A stretch of 63,885 nucleotides of DNA, counting the filler, from Octopus bimaculoides (Eukaryota): assembly GCF_001194135.2 (NCBI RefSeq). It is 6 parts of 6 records of this genome, joined end to end, with 100 filler letters (N's around TTAATTAATTAA, not from the genome) between each part and the next. Parts side by side here need not be neighbours in the genome. Positions count along the whole stretch, not along the records: positions 20,910 to 47,898 come from NC_068990.1; positions 47,999 to 57,668 come from NC_069005.1; 4 more parts are not named here. One strand, 5' to 3'. The translations under genes and the position numbers were made by a program. Shown piece by piece: positions 36,825 through 51,563 of the stretch; position 1 is the first letter of the stretch, and each line of letters begins with the position of its first letter. The notes under the pieces were generated by a model. That model ran no database searches. It saw nothing but the letters and a program-made list of their open reading frames with translations, and was not told the origin of the DNA.

Positions 36825-39293
36825 TAAAACGGAGTCACAAACTACTCACAATGTTATGAATGTTGAGATCAATAAATCACTAAGAGGGGTAGCTTGGTGG
36901 ACGATATCAGGCCCAAACCAGGGTCTCTGTTTGGCCGAAGCTGATTTTAGATTGAACAACAGTAACAACAGTGGTTGCAGCAGCAACAATACTGTCCACT
37001 GTACAGTAGAGAACATATCTTGATAGACTCCAATTCAACAGAAGCTTCAAATAAGCTTATTTATATGATATGCTATTTTTTGCTCTGATAGTGTCGACCA
37101 GGGAACCTCCATGGCTTCGGCCTGTTAATGAATAATTGATTTAAGGTAGTGATAACGGCAGCCCGATTATTATGTAATATCATGTTGATGAGCTGAGTGA
37201 TACAATAACGACGATGATGCTGAAGTCACTGAAATATAACTTTGCCATTGTCTCTGTTGTTTGACAGAGTATCTTGGCGGAAAAGAGACGAGGATGCGGT
37301 TTAATAGAGTCATCATTGAGAACGTTATGTAACTGAAAAAGTGTTTGCTAAGTCATCCAGATCTGCTAGAAATAGCAGTCAGTTTCGACCTGCAAGAAAT
37401 AGCAGCCAAATCTCTATCGAAAGTGAAGGACATTCTGGATAAAGTAGGTTCTGATACACATAAAAATTTAGTATAGTCCTGGCTAGCGTTCCTTTGATCA
37501 TTGGTCTGGTTCGATCGTTGCTGACTTGGACTAAACACAACAACAACAACAACAACAGTAAGGAGTGACAAAGAAAAAAAAAAGGACGAGCAGTAGGGGT
37601 AGTCGATTTATATCAAACGAAAATGGTTCTGAGCTGTTACATCTTTGTCATGGATGCTTGCAAAAATAAAAGCAAAAGACAGCAACAATAACAGGAACAG
37701 AAAGAGCATTAACCACAGCAACGGCAAAAACTGCAGCAGCAGTAACAACAACAACAACAGTAATAAGAAGCTTAATAGCAACAACAACAACAACAACAAC
37801 CACTACTTCTATTACTACTGTTGCCTCTGCTACTGCTGCTACTTCTACAAGCTTGTAAGTTAAATATTACAACAGAAACCATTTACTGTTTCTGATTGAA
37901 TGTCGAGATATTTCATTGTGATTTACATTGGAAATATTTATATAAATAAAATAATTCGAATTTTTACTTTTTTTTTTCTGAATTTATTGACTTTTATATT
38001 TTGATTTTCCTAAAATGTTACCAAATAATAATCACCAGTCAGACAGTTTTTATTAAACTCTCCTTCTCTTTTTCTCCCCCTTTTTTCTCTCCTTCTCTCC
38101 CTCTCTCTCAGTATATATATATATATATACACACACACTCACACACATATATATATANNNNNNNNNNNNNNNNNNNNNNNNNNNNNNNNNNNNNNNNNNN
38201 NNNNNNNNNNNNNNNNNNNNNNNNNNNNNNNNNNNNNNNNNNNNNNNNNNNNNNNNNNNNNNNNNNNNNNNNNNNNNNNNNNNNNNNNNNNNNNNNNNNN
38301 NNNNNNNNNNNNNNNNNNNNNNNNNNNNNNNNNNNNNNNNNNNNNNNNNNNNNNNNNNNNNNNNNNNNNNNNNNNNNNNNNNNNNNNNNNNNNNNNNNNN
38401 NNNNNNNNNNNNNNNNNNNNNNNNNNNNNNNNNNNNNNNNNNNNNNNNNNNNNNNNNNNNNNNNNNNNNNNNNNNNNNNNNNNNNNNNNNNNNNNNNNNN
38501 NNNNNNNNNNNNNNNNNNNNNNNNNNNNNNNNNNNNNNNNNNNNNNNNNNNNNNNNNNNNNNNNNNNNNNNNNNNNNNNNNNNNNNNNNNNNNNNNNNNN
38601 NNNNNNNNNNNNNNNNNNNNNNNNNNNNNNNNNNNNNNNNNNNNNNNNNNNNNNNNNNNNNNNNNNNNNNNNNNNNNNNNNNNNNNNNNNNNNNNNNNNN
38701 NNNNNNNNNNNNNNNNNNNNNNNNNNNNNNNNNNNNNNNNNNNNNNNNNNNNNNNNNNNNNNNNNNNNNNNNNNNNNNNNNNNNNNNNNNNNNNNNNNNN
38801 NNNNNNNNNNNNNNNNNNNNNNNNNNNNNNNNNNNNNNNNNNNNNNNNNNNNNNNNNNNATATATATATATGTATGTATATATATACGCGCACGAATGGT
38901 GACATTCTGGAGACACGCATTGCTCGCAGTAAATCGCGATGTGCATATGTATTATTCTTTTACAAGAATACTGTTGACACTGACTTCGAAGCTCTGCTAG
39001 CCTCGATCGGCAGGTAGTACGAAACTTCGAAGTTACTGTCAGCATTGTTCTTATAAACGAATAGTAAATATGTACTCTTCAAACATGTTGAGTAATCCTT
39101 CAACTAACATAAAATTGTACTCGACATAAAAACAAGCATTAATAATGTGTGTGTGCGCGTGTCTGTAGATATACTTATGCATTTATGTATGTATATATCT
39201 ATGTGTGTATGTATTTATATATATATGTGTATGTATATATATGTACACACACACAAACGTATATATATATACAAATATATATGTGTGTATATA

Positions 39294-39382
<89 letters not shown>

Positions 39383-39559
39383 NNNNNNNNNNNNNNNNNN
39401 NNNNNNNNNNNNNNNNNNNNNNNNNNNNNNNNNNNNNNNNNNNNNNNNNNNNNNNNNNNNNNNNNNNNNNNNNNNNNNNNNNNNNNNNNNNNNNNNNNNN
39501 NNNNNNNNNNNNNNNNNNNNNNNNNNNNNNNNNNNNNNNNNNTATGGTAATTTAAGTTC

Positions 39560-39614
<55 letters not shown>

Positions 39615-40294
39615 TTATATATATGGTAATTTTATTTCATTGATTTTTATACGTTTATACGATGTCATTTGTGATGGACGATTCGTGACTCGAGAAGTTG
39701 TGTGTGGACTGAGCGTTTAGCATTTTTTTTTTATTATTGTTATTCAATGAAGACTTTTCAAGTTATGATGATATTTTATTTAATATATTTCTCTTATACA
39801 GTGATTACTATTTCTTTTCTTCTTCTTCTTCTTCTCCATTTTCTTTTTCCTATTTCTTTTTCTTTGTATTTTTCTTTATTAATGTTATATATTTTTGAAG
39901 TCATAATTCTACTCTTCAATGTTCATTTTACTGCACATTATTTTGGCGTTCTTTAAAAAAAACTGTATCTTTGCCTACTACCCTTTTATATATGCACATT
40001 ATTTTTTCAATGAATTTTTTTGTGTTATTGCTTGGAGCTTCAAAAGTTGCAAATTTAAGAAGAATAACTCCAAGTTATACACTGTTAGTGGTTATTTATT
40101 TCGGTATAGTACAGTACTTATGTATTCAGTTTTCTATAACACTGTTGCTTGTTTATTTGTTTTCGTAGAAAGATATATTATATTACTAATTTTTAAGATG
40201 CTGCTCAAATTCAAATGAAGGTTATCAGTATTAGCAGATAATATAATGAGAAAAATACTTCTTAGACAGAATCATCTGTGGAGATTGAATCCTG

Positions 40295-40367
40295 TATCTA
40301 CTGATGAGCGGTCAGCTGCGATACCTCTTCGACAAAGAGACCCAGGCGACTAACATAAGTCTAAATA
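40295..40367 (+). ncRNA. Degenerate type I hammerhead-like motif
   Basis: UAUCUA-CUGAUGA-GC...GC-GAcuAAC-auaa-GUC-UAAAUA; GAAAC block disrupted, one stem I mismatch. Confidence 0.35.
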
Positions 40368-40492
40368 GATTTGTTGTGACTCCGTTTAGAACAGTGAGAA
40401 ATTTTATGATTCTGTGCTATTGTTTCCGTTTGTAACCCAGTATGTTATGAATTTTTATTAAATTATCAATTATCCTCACGAAACAAAACAAA

Positions 40493-40551
<59 letters not shown>

Positions 40552-40672
40552 AAGAAGAAGAAGAAGAAGAAGAAGAAGAAGAAGAAGAAGAAGAAGAAGA
40601 AGAAGAAGAAGAAGAAGAAGAAGAAGAAGAAGAAGAAGAAGAAGAAGAAGAAGAAGAAGAAGAAGAAGAAGA
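40493..40672. repeat. (AAT)n followed by ~50 perfect (AAG) units
   Basis: Directly visible. Confidence 0.95.
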
Positions 40673-40880
40673 ACACTGAGAGTGCGCAAACCATCGCCAA
40701 GGCAGCACCAAAGTCCTCTCAACGATTCGCCAGAGATGAGTTTTAAAATGAGAATATCTGAAATAAACTCGACTGCTCTCACAAATGAGAATACTAAAAA
40801 TGAACCCGGCCGCTCTGAAAAATTAAGTAAAAAAAAAAACAGAAAAATAATCCAAAATCCTTGTCCGTTACCATGGAATG
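40665..40880 (+). mobile_element. HINE-like element 5' part; related fragment at ~41238-41445
   Basis: CACTGAGAGTGCGCAAACCATCGCCAAGG resembles the head at 36190; 41238-41380 matches 36470-36630. Confidence 0.55.
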
Positions 40881-41714
40881 TGAAGGTGGCTGTAGAAAAT
40901 TTAGTAAGAGTAATATATAGTTTATCCTTATCTAATACAAGCCAAAGTTAACAGATTCACCATTCAAAATAGTTACAAAGGCGAACGTAATAATAATAAA
41001 TTCTACTCAGGAATTTTTAAATGAATAGCATGAGACCTTTTGGTTTTCTCTTCTCTTAAATTCTGGCCTTCCTTTAGTATTCCTGTTGTTTTAGATCAAT
41101 GCATAGATGTATGTATATATGTAAATATACTGTAAAGTGTTAACATGTATGTATAATATATAATATATATATTATAATTCTGAACGGTTTTGCTGCTGTT
41201 TGATTATGTAGCTTGATTTCTTTGTCCATCAGTTTCTAAAATAGAGACGCGAGTAAAATTAATAATAGAGAAACGAAAATAAAACTTTGGAAACAGTCTG
41301 AAGGGAAATAATTGAGAAAGACTTGGAAGTCAACGTAAGATTGTAATCATGTAAGTAAAGTAAATATAACAAATAATCCAGAATCCTTGTCCAGTACCGG
41401 ATCGATCCCAAAATCTAATCAGTTCGTGCCAGTCATGAGGCCAATAGAAAATATGACTTTAAAGGAACACAAAAATACAATTTTGAAGGAGTACAATTGT
41501 GGTCCTCTTCAGCAATGGTCAATGTTAGATAAGAACTTATTTTGATACAAATGTTGATGAGAAGATAAAATAGTTTTCATGCATGTCTGAAAGACTATAG
41601 CAGCTTGAAACAAAATACACAGACTTCAACTAGCCACGAATAAAAACCAGAATTTCAAGGTTCAAGCTACAATGAGTTTTACCTCGTGTCTCATGGTGCT
41701 GTGAAGAGTTGTGT

Positions 41715-41925
41715 GACCTAATGATCAGGGAGTTGGGCCGATAATTTGTAGATCGTGAGTTCGATTCTCAAGTCAAACAGTATGCCTTCGAGAAAGACAC
41801 TTCCTATCACGTTACTCCAGTACACACATCTAATAAAGGAGTACCAGTCACACCTGGAAGTCAACTGTGCAACAGACTGACGTCTCGTTTAGAAGAGTCT
41901 CCTATGCTTCTAAGTCAAGGACGCC
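41715..41925 (+). mobile_element. Old CORE-type SINE
   Basis: GTGAGTTCGATTCTC, TTCGAGAAAGACACTT...CACGTTACTCCAG. Confidence 0.5.
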
Positions 41926-42918
41926 TTGAAAATATGTGCTTGTGTATTCCATGCAGACTTAGATTTCAACATTTCGCTCTCCACTTACGTTTAAAACACA
42001 CATTTCTTTTGAATATTATACATGAAAGAGATGTAGTGAGGTTCATGTATTTACCAAAGACTCTAAATAATTAAACGATATAAGTTGCTTTCAAACGGAC
42101 CGAATTGTCGACTGGAATAACAGGAAATTGTACCTTTGTTCTACAAAACCTAATACAATCCGTTTGCGGTGCTGAATATCTGCAGTATCCGTCAATCGAT
42201 ATCTTCACCCCGAAGGTATTCATTAAAATATCATTACAAACGAGATAAAGGAGAAAATTAAGGACAAAAGTAATTCTAATTTCTATATTGATTTTTTTTT
42301 TTTTTTTCATTTTTTCTCATTTTTTCTTTTTTCGAGACCAGAACAACAAAAAAAAAAGCGTTAATTCAAAAATTTCTACGACGAAACAAAAGCAAAGTAA
42401 AAAAAATCTAAATCATTGGCGTGTATACAAAACTAGAACAATGAATACAACAACAACAACAAGTGTAATCACCAATATCATCATCATAACAGCGAATTTA
42501 TCAACAACAGTAGCAACGACAGCAATGTGAAAGATGATGACAGGCAACAATCAAATAAGTTTTCATAATAGTAATTTATAAATATTATTGATAGTAAATT
42601 ACCAACCACTTAGTTTGTTACACACAAATTACCATGAATTAACAATTAATTTTATTAATTACTTCTCCTTCTCCTCTTTCTCCTCTATTTTGTCCTTCTT
42701 TTTCTCAATCTGCCTATCTATCAGTCATAAGACCATTTTCTACTATCGATATCTCTCTGTCCCTCTCTGCGCATACATACACACACATACAAACACACGC
42801 ACGCACACAAACACACTCACACACACACACACACACTCACACACACGCACTTACTCACATACACACACTTACTCACATACACACACACGCTCATATATAT
42901 ATATATATATATTTATAT

Positions 42919-42964
<46 letters not shown>

Positions 42965-44148
42965 TCCATATATCTGTCATATTTATATTTATTTCTTGCC
43001 TTCCACATATCTATCTATTTATGTACATATTTTTTCCAAAATCTCTCATTCTCTATCTGTTTAACAATTTATCTATCCAAATAATTAATTTACTATCTTT
43101 CTATCTATCTATGTAACTCATTCACTATCAATGTACCTCACTCTCCAGCTAAATACCATTTGTATTTACCACCACCACCATTACCACAGCCACCACCACC
43201 ATTACCACAACCACCACTACTACGGCCACAACCACGAACACCACCACAACTACCAACACCACCACAGCCACCATCCCTACCACAACCACCACTTCTATCA
43301 TCACCCTCGCCACCAGCCTTCATTTCTTTTATTATTGTTAATTTCGCACATATTCTCCTCATTGAAAAAGTTACCAATTACCATTTCAAGATAAAACTAG
43401 CTGGAACAGGAGGAGATTTGTAGCATTTTCATCAAAGCTCTATGTCCTAAACAATACCAAATCACTGAAGAAGAAGCTATCGTGTCTTTACTTGGTGCAA
43501 CCATATGCCTGGACAAGCTAAAGACAAAAAGATGACTAATTAACTAATTTCAATAATTCTATATTGAATTTAGCTTCATATTAACACAAATACACACGTA
43601 CAATAAGAACACATAATTTACACATACGCTACACCTAATATACACATGCACATATCATACACACTTATAATTTACAATGCACGCATGTGATATACACATA
43701 CAAAAGCCCCTTAACGAAGAATTGTTAATTAGACATCTGCTTTACACAATATTTAATTCCTTCCTTTTCTCATTCGCAGATTTTACATTCAATGGACGTC
43801 GCTAATTAATATTTGATGATTGATCACATAACATCCGTGCGCGCGCACACACACAAACGCGCGCGCACACACTCACACACACGCATACACACCCACATAT
43901 ATATACATGTATAGATAGATAGATGCATGATGTAATATTATGTATAGATGTACATATCACATTTCACACAAACACGCACATGCATAAATAATTACATACA
44001 TACATATATGTAAAATCGCGTGAGTGTGTGTGCACACACTTACACACTCACATAAACACACATACATACATATATATATACATGCATACATACATATATA
44101 TACATACATACATGCATACATACATACATACATATATATATATATATG

Positions 44149-44184
<36 letters not shown>

Positions 44185-45784
44185 ACGAAAGAGTGAAACA
44201 GCTGTTGATATGTGAATGTTTGTATGTCAGTAGGAATATGTGTGTTTGTATCGCATATAGGGTTTCTGTGTGTCTGTGTCTGTGTCTGCCTGCGTGTCTG
44301 TGTGTCTATGTGTGTGCCTGTGTGTGTGTGTGTGTGTTCACATACGTGTATGGAAACGCACATATACTTTCATATATGCGTTCAAATACAAAGCGTATTT
44401 TAAATACATGTATTATATTTAACGATAGCAAAAAATATCGTTATCACCATTTTCATCACTACGATCTTCATCATCATTATAATCGACATCATTATCATTA
44501 TTATTATTACGTACTCCTTTCATCATAAAACTATTTAATAGGATTTCGTTGCTTGTACCTTGCTAAAACAAAAGCAAACCCACATTGGGCTGTTACTGGC
44601 GNNNNNNNNNNNNNNNNNNNNNNNNNNNNNNNNNNNNNNNNNGGGGGGGGGGCTCAGCACCCCCGCCACCAGCAACACGACAATACCATCAACTACAATA
44701 ACAACAACGAGAATCGTAAACAACAGCTAAATGCATACACAGAGCACAATGGAAGAAAACCTGGTAAACTTGTTCGTTAATGTTGTTGAACCTTTGTTCA
44801 CCTGGAACAGATAATAACTATATCTGTTTCTCGTCTTCCTAGACTAGCAGGTGTTGTTATTAACGCTTTTTCCATACAATGCTTGTTCAATCTCTCGATA
44901 GCTTTTGTCTCTTCTTCATCTTTCTTTCACTTCTTTCGTTCATTTCTTCCTTTTTCCTTCTCTTCTTCTTCCCTTTCCCCACTTTTTTTCCCTCCTTACT
45001 TTTCCTTCACTTTCGTGCATTCGTTCTTTGTTCTGCTTTATCTTCCTTGTTGTATTCTTTATCTTTTACCTTTTCTCTGATATTAGTTTCTTTCCTTCTT
45101 TCATTTTTTCATTCGTTCTTTCTTTCATTCTTTCATTCTTTCTTGCTTTATTCTGCGTCTTTCACGCATTTATCTTTTATTCTACAGCCTTCCTTTCATT
45201 CATCCACCTCTTTCTCATTCTTTCTTTCATTATTCCATTCTGTCGTTCATTATTCTTCTCATTCTTTCATCAGTTCATTCGTACTTCCTCTCTGGCATAA
45301 ATTATTTCATTCATTATTTTTATCATAACTTCTTTCCTTCCTTATTCCTTTCATTCCTTTTCAGTTCTCTTTCGTACATTTATCTTTTCATTTTATCCTG
45401 CCTTCTTTCTCTCATCCATTCTTTCTTTTCTTTTTTTTTTATCATTTCATTCTTCTTTTTGTTTCATCCTTATTTCCTTCTCTCTTTCTGACTGTCTTTC
45501 ATTCAATACCATCAGACCATTGTTATCGTCTGCTATAGCAGATGATATATCAGAAACTGATTCTGCTCAATCAGTGTTACTAAAGATATTTCAGACGACT
45601 CATTGAAAAAACACAGACAATGAATAAAATTTAGATTTTTTGTTTTACTTCTTCCGTGTTTTATGTTATATATTTTTTTATTGGCTAGGAGGAGACGAAT
45701 GCATTTATTTTGTTATATTCTTTAATTCTTACAATTATTTCCGAATAATTTCTTTTTTAAACAAAAACTTTAACATATATATAT

Positions 45785-45843
<59 letters not shown>

Positions 45844-46857
45844 AGAACAATAAAAGAGAGGCTTAATCTCTTTACTCCACTTTGATTGAATTCTGGAGAA
45901 TTTTGTTGTTGTTGATTTTGTTATTTTTACTGTTGTTGCTATTGTTGAGGGAGAAGTAATAAAAACTGCTTGAAGGAGAGGGGGAGAATTTGGTCTTTGA
46001 GAGCAGGGATGTCTTAAGGACAGAGAGAGATAGAGGGAGAAGGATGGAGCGGGGAGCATAATTTAAGAGGGATACAGGGAAAGGGTGGGAGAGGGGGACA
46101 ATAATGAAAATAAGCAGAGAATATAAAGAGGGTAATAAAAGTTTTTAAAAGAAGAGGGAGGGAGAAAAAGAGAGAGAGAGAAGTCAAATGAAATAGTTTA
46201 ATAAAACTAAACAAATTACAAATACTGTCACAATAAAAGCCACAAAGACAGCAAAAGAAAACAACAGAAACTACATAAAAACAGCAACAGAAGAAGAAAT
46301 GAAGACAAACATTAAAGCTTGAGTAGATGTCGAAACAGCAACGTTGTATTCTAATGATTATATCAACAGGTGACGATCTATATGATGGCGATAGTGGTTT
46401 AGATGGAAGGAAAGAGTGGGGAATAGTAAGAGGTAAGATTCCGTAGAAAGTTACTCTAATTACATACTATATTGGTAAAATACGTCAACTTCGTGTTGAT
46501 TGGTTGGAAATTGACTGGAAAGTGAAAGTGAAAGTTAACTATAAATGTGATTATTATATGAAAGGCATGATGCATATGTATGTTTGTATGGCTACGCTTT
46601 TGTATATCTGTGCATGCATGTATGTATGTGTGAGAACGTATGCCTCTATATGTGTGTGTGTTTTTGCCTATGTTTATATGCATCGGCGTTTGAATGTATT
46701 ACATTTGATTTTTCTGTTTGTCTTTATGCCGACATTCTAGGATATTACTTTTCCAAGCCCTCTGTTTATACATATATGCGTATGTGTACATGTGTGAGTT
46801 TGTGTGTGCGAGTGAGTGTATGTATGTATATGCATATCTATCCGTCTGTCTCTCTTC

Positions 46858-46895
<38 letters not shown>

Positions 46896-47187
46896 ATATA
46901 TATATATATATATNNNNNNNNNNNNNNNNNNNNNNNNNNNNNNNNNNNNNNNNNNNNNNNNNNNNNNNNNNNNNNNNNNNNNNNNNNNNNNNNNNNNNNN
47001 NNNNNNNNNNNNNNNNNNNNNNNNNNNNNNNNNNNNNNNNNNNNNNNNNNNNNNNNNNNNNNNNNNNNNNNNNNNNNNNNNNNNNNNNNNNNNNNNNNNN
47101 NNNNNNNNNNNNNNNNNNNNNNNNNNNNNNNNNNNNNNNNNNNNCTCTCCTTTTATTCTATTGCCATCTTATCCTCTCTTTCTAATC

Positions 47188-47225
<38 letters not shown>

Positions 47226-47846
47226 CTATTTATCTATCTATCTTTCTATCTATCTATTTTATCTCTTGGTCTCTCTTTTTCATCCATACTTTTACAGTTT
47301 CTTGTTCTTTCTTTGATCTCTCTCAGTGCCTCACTCCTTTCTTTTCTTCTTTCTTTCTTTCTGTCTTTATTTTTCTCACACACTCTCTCTCCCTCGCTTT
47401 CTCTCTCTCGAAATTTCTACCACTCTCACACAATTTTTCCCTCTCTGTCTCCATCTCTCCATCTCTCTCATAATCTCTCCTCCTCTCTCGCAATCTCTCT
47501 CTTACTCTCTGTCACACACATGCAATCTTTTTTTCCTATCTCAATCTCTTCACTCTTGCAGTCTCTCTCTCTCTCACTCTCTTTCATTCTCTCGTCTCTT
47601 TCCTTCTCTGTCTCAGACTATCTTTCTCTCTGTCTATCTCTCTCTCTCTCTCTCTCACACGCATACACACACATGCACAATCTTTCTCTATCTCACAAAC
47701 TCTTTCTCTTCATCTTCTCTTTTTCATTCTCTCTCTCCCTCCCTCTCTCTCTCTCTCTGTCTCTCTCTCAATCTCCTTTTACTGTCTCAATCTCTTTCCT
47801 TTAATATTCTCTTTTTCCTTCTCTGTTTCTCTCTCTCTCTCTCTCT

Positions 47847-47898
<52 letters not shown>

Positions 47899-48299
47899 NN
47901 NNNNNNNNNNNNNNNNNNNNNNNNNNNNNNNNNNNNNNNNNNTTAATTAATTAANNNNNNNNNNNNNNNNNNNNNNNNNNNNNNNNNNNNNNNNNNNNCT
48001 CTTTCTCTCATCATCTCTCTCTCACAAGATCGTAACTCTTCATTGAGGGATGAAATATTGTCTTTTTCTAAGGACTACGCTGGAGGAAGACGGGCAGCGC
48101 CCTTGACACTTTTCGAGGCTCTTGGGGCTGGTACGATGATGATACAAATTTATCCTCAGACGAGACGCCAGGTTCAAATACTTGCATCAGAGGAGCATTA
48201 ATAAAAGGAAAGGTACCCATGAGCCTGGTGACGGTGAAAAGGCAGGAAATGGATTAAGTCTACCGCTCAAGAACACTCAAGAACCAAAAACGTCTTCTC

Positions 48300-48450
48300 C
48301 AACTACTAAGCTTCCACACAGTTTCCGTAGATACAAGGCTCGGATAGACAAGAAGCTATGACGGAAAATGCTTTATCAAATGTCGTGCAGTAAGACTAAC
48401 CTCAAAACTACGTCGCTGGGAACCAAAATTCTTAACCACTTAGCCATTCA
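48300..48450 (-). mobile_element. Decayed OK-like SINE head
   Basis: Plus strand GCTTCCACACAGTTTCCGT...TTCTTAACCACTTAGCCA. Confidence 0.55.
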
Positions 48451-49329
48451 TATGCCAGTCGATCTATAGATTCCTCCTGCAATTTAACTGGAAAATGAAA
48501 AGTAAGTCTAATTGAGGTTAATTATTTAGACTGGTGTATTAGCTGTTCTAGTAATATTTCGCAACCTTCTAGGAATTTTCCAAAGACGTGTTTACTGCAG
48601 TAATTTGCTTGTCATTGTAAGAGTTTGTTGCAACAAGAAAATTCTAAACGAATTTTAAAATGACTGACGTTCATTTATTTGCAAATTGCTGCAATTTTCG
48701 CAAAAATAACTTTATTCAATTTCTTTGATCTGAATCGACATCAATATACATACATACTTAAGACAAACAAACATACATACATACATACATGCATACATAC
48801 ATACATACATACATACATACATACACACATACATCCAGCCAGCCAGCCATGCATACATACATGCATACATACATGCATACATACATGCATACATGCATAC
48901 ATACATACATACATACATACATACATACATACATACATCCAGCCAGCCAGCCATACATACATACATACATGTATACATACATACATATATACATGCATAC
49001 ATACATACATACATACATACATATCTCTTTGTAAATCAAAGAGAAAGAAGATAACTATGTACAACTGCTTCGAGACCTCCAGCTTCTCTATCCGGATTAC
49101 AAATTTACATTTATACCAGTACTAACTGGTGTACTTAGTTTTGTAAGTAGATGCCTATCTGTCAGTTTGGATAAGCTTGGATTTTCAGAAATGTGGAGTT
49201 CAAACTGAAGATATCACCTACATCATAAGCAGCTACAAAGTCCACCCACCACACTTCTCAGGCCAACATCATTGCCTCGAGGTCTTTTCAAGCCAATGAA
49301 AGGACCTTTCAAGATACATTTCAAACCAG

Positions 49330-49690
49330 TAAGCTTCTAGTCCTGGGTGGTACACGCAGTGACTAGATAGTCACAGCCATCTTTGCCTGATCTTTCGGCA
49401 GGTCTCCATAAAGGCATTTATTTGTCGTATGTTGCTGCCATTTCACACTCAGAGCCATTTGTAGCATTCTTGTGTAGCAGCCATCTATTCCGTTTGATAA
49501 TTTCTTTGTCAGTCTCCATGTTTCACTGTCATATAACAGTACTACTAATTCGATAGGTGCAATAAACAGCTTGATTTGGATTCACCTGTGAAATTTGGAG
49601 TTCCAAACCTTCTTTAGTTCGTGACAGACAATCCATGTTTTTGCCTTCCTGCTATGAGAAAAGCCCGTGATGACTCTTTTCTCGGTTATA
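49330..49690 (-). pseudogene. RTE-clade LINE RT C-terminal fragment
   Basis: CHELKKVWNS, VLLYDSETWRLTKKLSNGIDGCYTRMLQMALSVKWQQH, LYGDLPK. Confidence 0.85.
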
Positions 49691-50454
49691 TGAAACGGCT
49701 AAAAATACTGGAAGTTCATCCGAACTAAAACCCTTTTTTCGTCAAAACAGTTTCGACAACAATCATCTTTCTTTGCAAAAACATGGCTATCACACATAGC
49801 AATTGTTATTCCGACTCTCGTGATGCTAATCGATCTCTTCAAAACACTGAGAACTGGCGAATATCTGTCATAGGAGAGATCGAAACTAAAATAAACCGCT
49901 GCTGCCGTTACTAAATTTTCATATTTCCACAAATAACTGGTTCGACAGTTGAGCAGGAGGTTTTAAACGAAACTAAAGAAAAAGCTAATTACTTTCATAC
50001 TAAAATTTATCGATGAGAACACGCGGAATCATGTGATGTTAATTAGTGGACAATTAATACTTTCCTGTACATAGCTTTTATAACTCTTCAAGAACACTAA
50101 GGAGAAACCTGCAGTGCTCACGGTAATAAAATCACTAAACGAAAGCAACCCAGTTGAAGACAAAACCTAAAGAAATCAACAAAAATCTACGACGCCACAT
50201 TACGCGGTTAAACCACGATAATGAATTCTCAAATGAATAACGATTTACATCTCACGAATTGCACCTTGCGCAAGACATAAAACTCGAAGGCATCTCTTCT
50301 CATTAAGTTTTTGAGGGATCTCTAATTAATTTAAAGCAATATTTCAGGACGCTAAATGAAAATTCTCCGTTATCTTTGAAAAATATTCGAGGCAAGTAGT
50401 TAAAAATTCGCAAGTTTGCTTTCAATCCACTGATGTTATAGCGGGAGATGAGGA

Positions 50455-51015
50455 AGAAAAACATGACCGAGAACCGGTAGTTATGCTAACTCTATGGAAA
50501 ACCTTAGTTCTGAGCAGATTAGATTACTGCTCACAGCTTTGGTCTCGAAATTCGCCCGGTCTCCTAGAAGAAATTGAGGGGTTACAAAGAACATTCAACA
50601 TTAAAATAACTTCGGCTAATGGCTTTAATTAGTGTGAATGCCTGAAAGCTCTGTATCTCTACTCTCTTGAACGCCGAAGAGAGAGATATACTATTATCTT
50701 CGTATGGAAGATCCTGGATGGGCATGTTCCTAATATCAGCATTGAAGCGAACTTTAATGTTCGAACTGGTAGGTACTGTCAGCTTCTAAATATACCACCT
50801 TCACACTCACGAGCAAAAACACTCTACTGTACCAGTCTAATAGTCAGAGGTCCTCAAGTATTCAACTGCTTACTCAAACAGATTAGAAATATAAAAGGGA
50901 CCTCTACTGAAACTTTCAAAAACGATGATACCGGACCAACCAACCATTTAAGGATATACTCAGGGGAGATCAGCAACTACAAACTCAATCATCGGCCAAC
51001 TTTCAATCATAAAGT
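50455..51015 (+). pseudogene. CR1-group LINE C-terminal fragment
   Basis: MLTLWKTLVLSRLDYCSQLWS, LQRTF, LYSLERRRERYTIIFVWKILDG, VRGPQVFNCL. Confidence 0.85.
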
Positions 51016-51038
51016 GACAACTAAAAAAAAAAAATTAA

Positions 51039-51103
51039 GGTGGTGCTCCAGCATGGCCGTAGTTCGGTGACTGAAACCATTAAGAGAATAAGACAATAAA
51101 AGA

Positions 51104-51169
<66 letters not shown>

Positions 51170-51360
51170 GTATCTATTTGTGGTTGTCTTTGTTTTGGTT
51201 TAACGTACCCGTAACTGAGCGGTTCGGCAACAGACTCTGATAGAATAACTACTAGGCTTTAAAAAGGTACTGGGGTCGATTCGTTTAACTAAAATTCTTC
51301 AAAGCGTTGTCCCAGCATGGCCACAACCTAAAGATTGAAACAAGAAAAAGATAAAAGATA
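51039..51360 (+). mobile_element. Two OK-like SINE 3' fragments separated by (GATA)n
   Basis: GGTGCTCCAGCATGGCC at ~51043 and body/tail at 51190-51360. Confidence 0.75.
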
Positions 51361-51484
51361 CACACACACACACACAACATACATACATACATACATACAT
51401 ACATACATACATACATACATACATACATACATGAAAAAGTGGACGGACAGAGGTGGGACGGATGGATAAACAGAGAGAGGAAGG

Positions 51485-51563
<79 letters not shown>

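Noticed and set aside
41465-41520. Minus-strand CUGAAGA-GGA..UCCUUC-AAAA as a hammerhead
   Set aside because: G12 is lost and no stem I pairing is found; at most a very decayed remnant.
42095-42215. Candidate host exon (also 31169-31191, 37269-37330 and 43382-43518 minus)
   Set aside because: Splice-like dinucleotides exist, but the peptides match nothing I recognise and no consistent gene model links them.
43131-43423. Poly-His/poly-Pro/poly-Gly ORFs
   Set aside because: Translation of a degenerate (ACC)n microsatellite.
44879-47900. Long hydrophobic ORFs resembling membrane proteins
   Set aside because: Pyrimidine-rich low-complexity tracts (CT, CTTT, CATT) produce F/L/S-rich translations.
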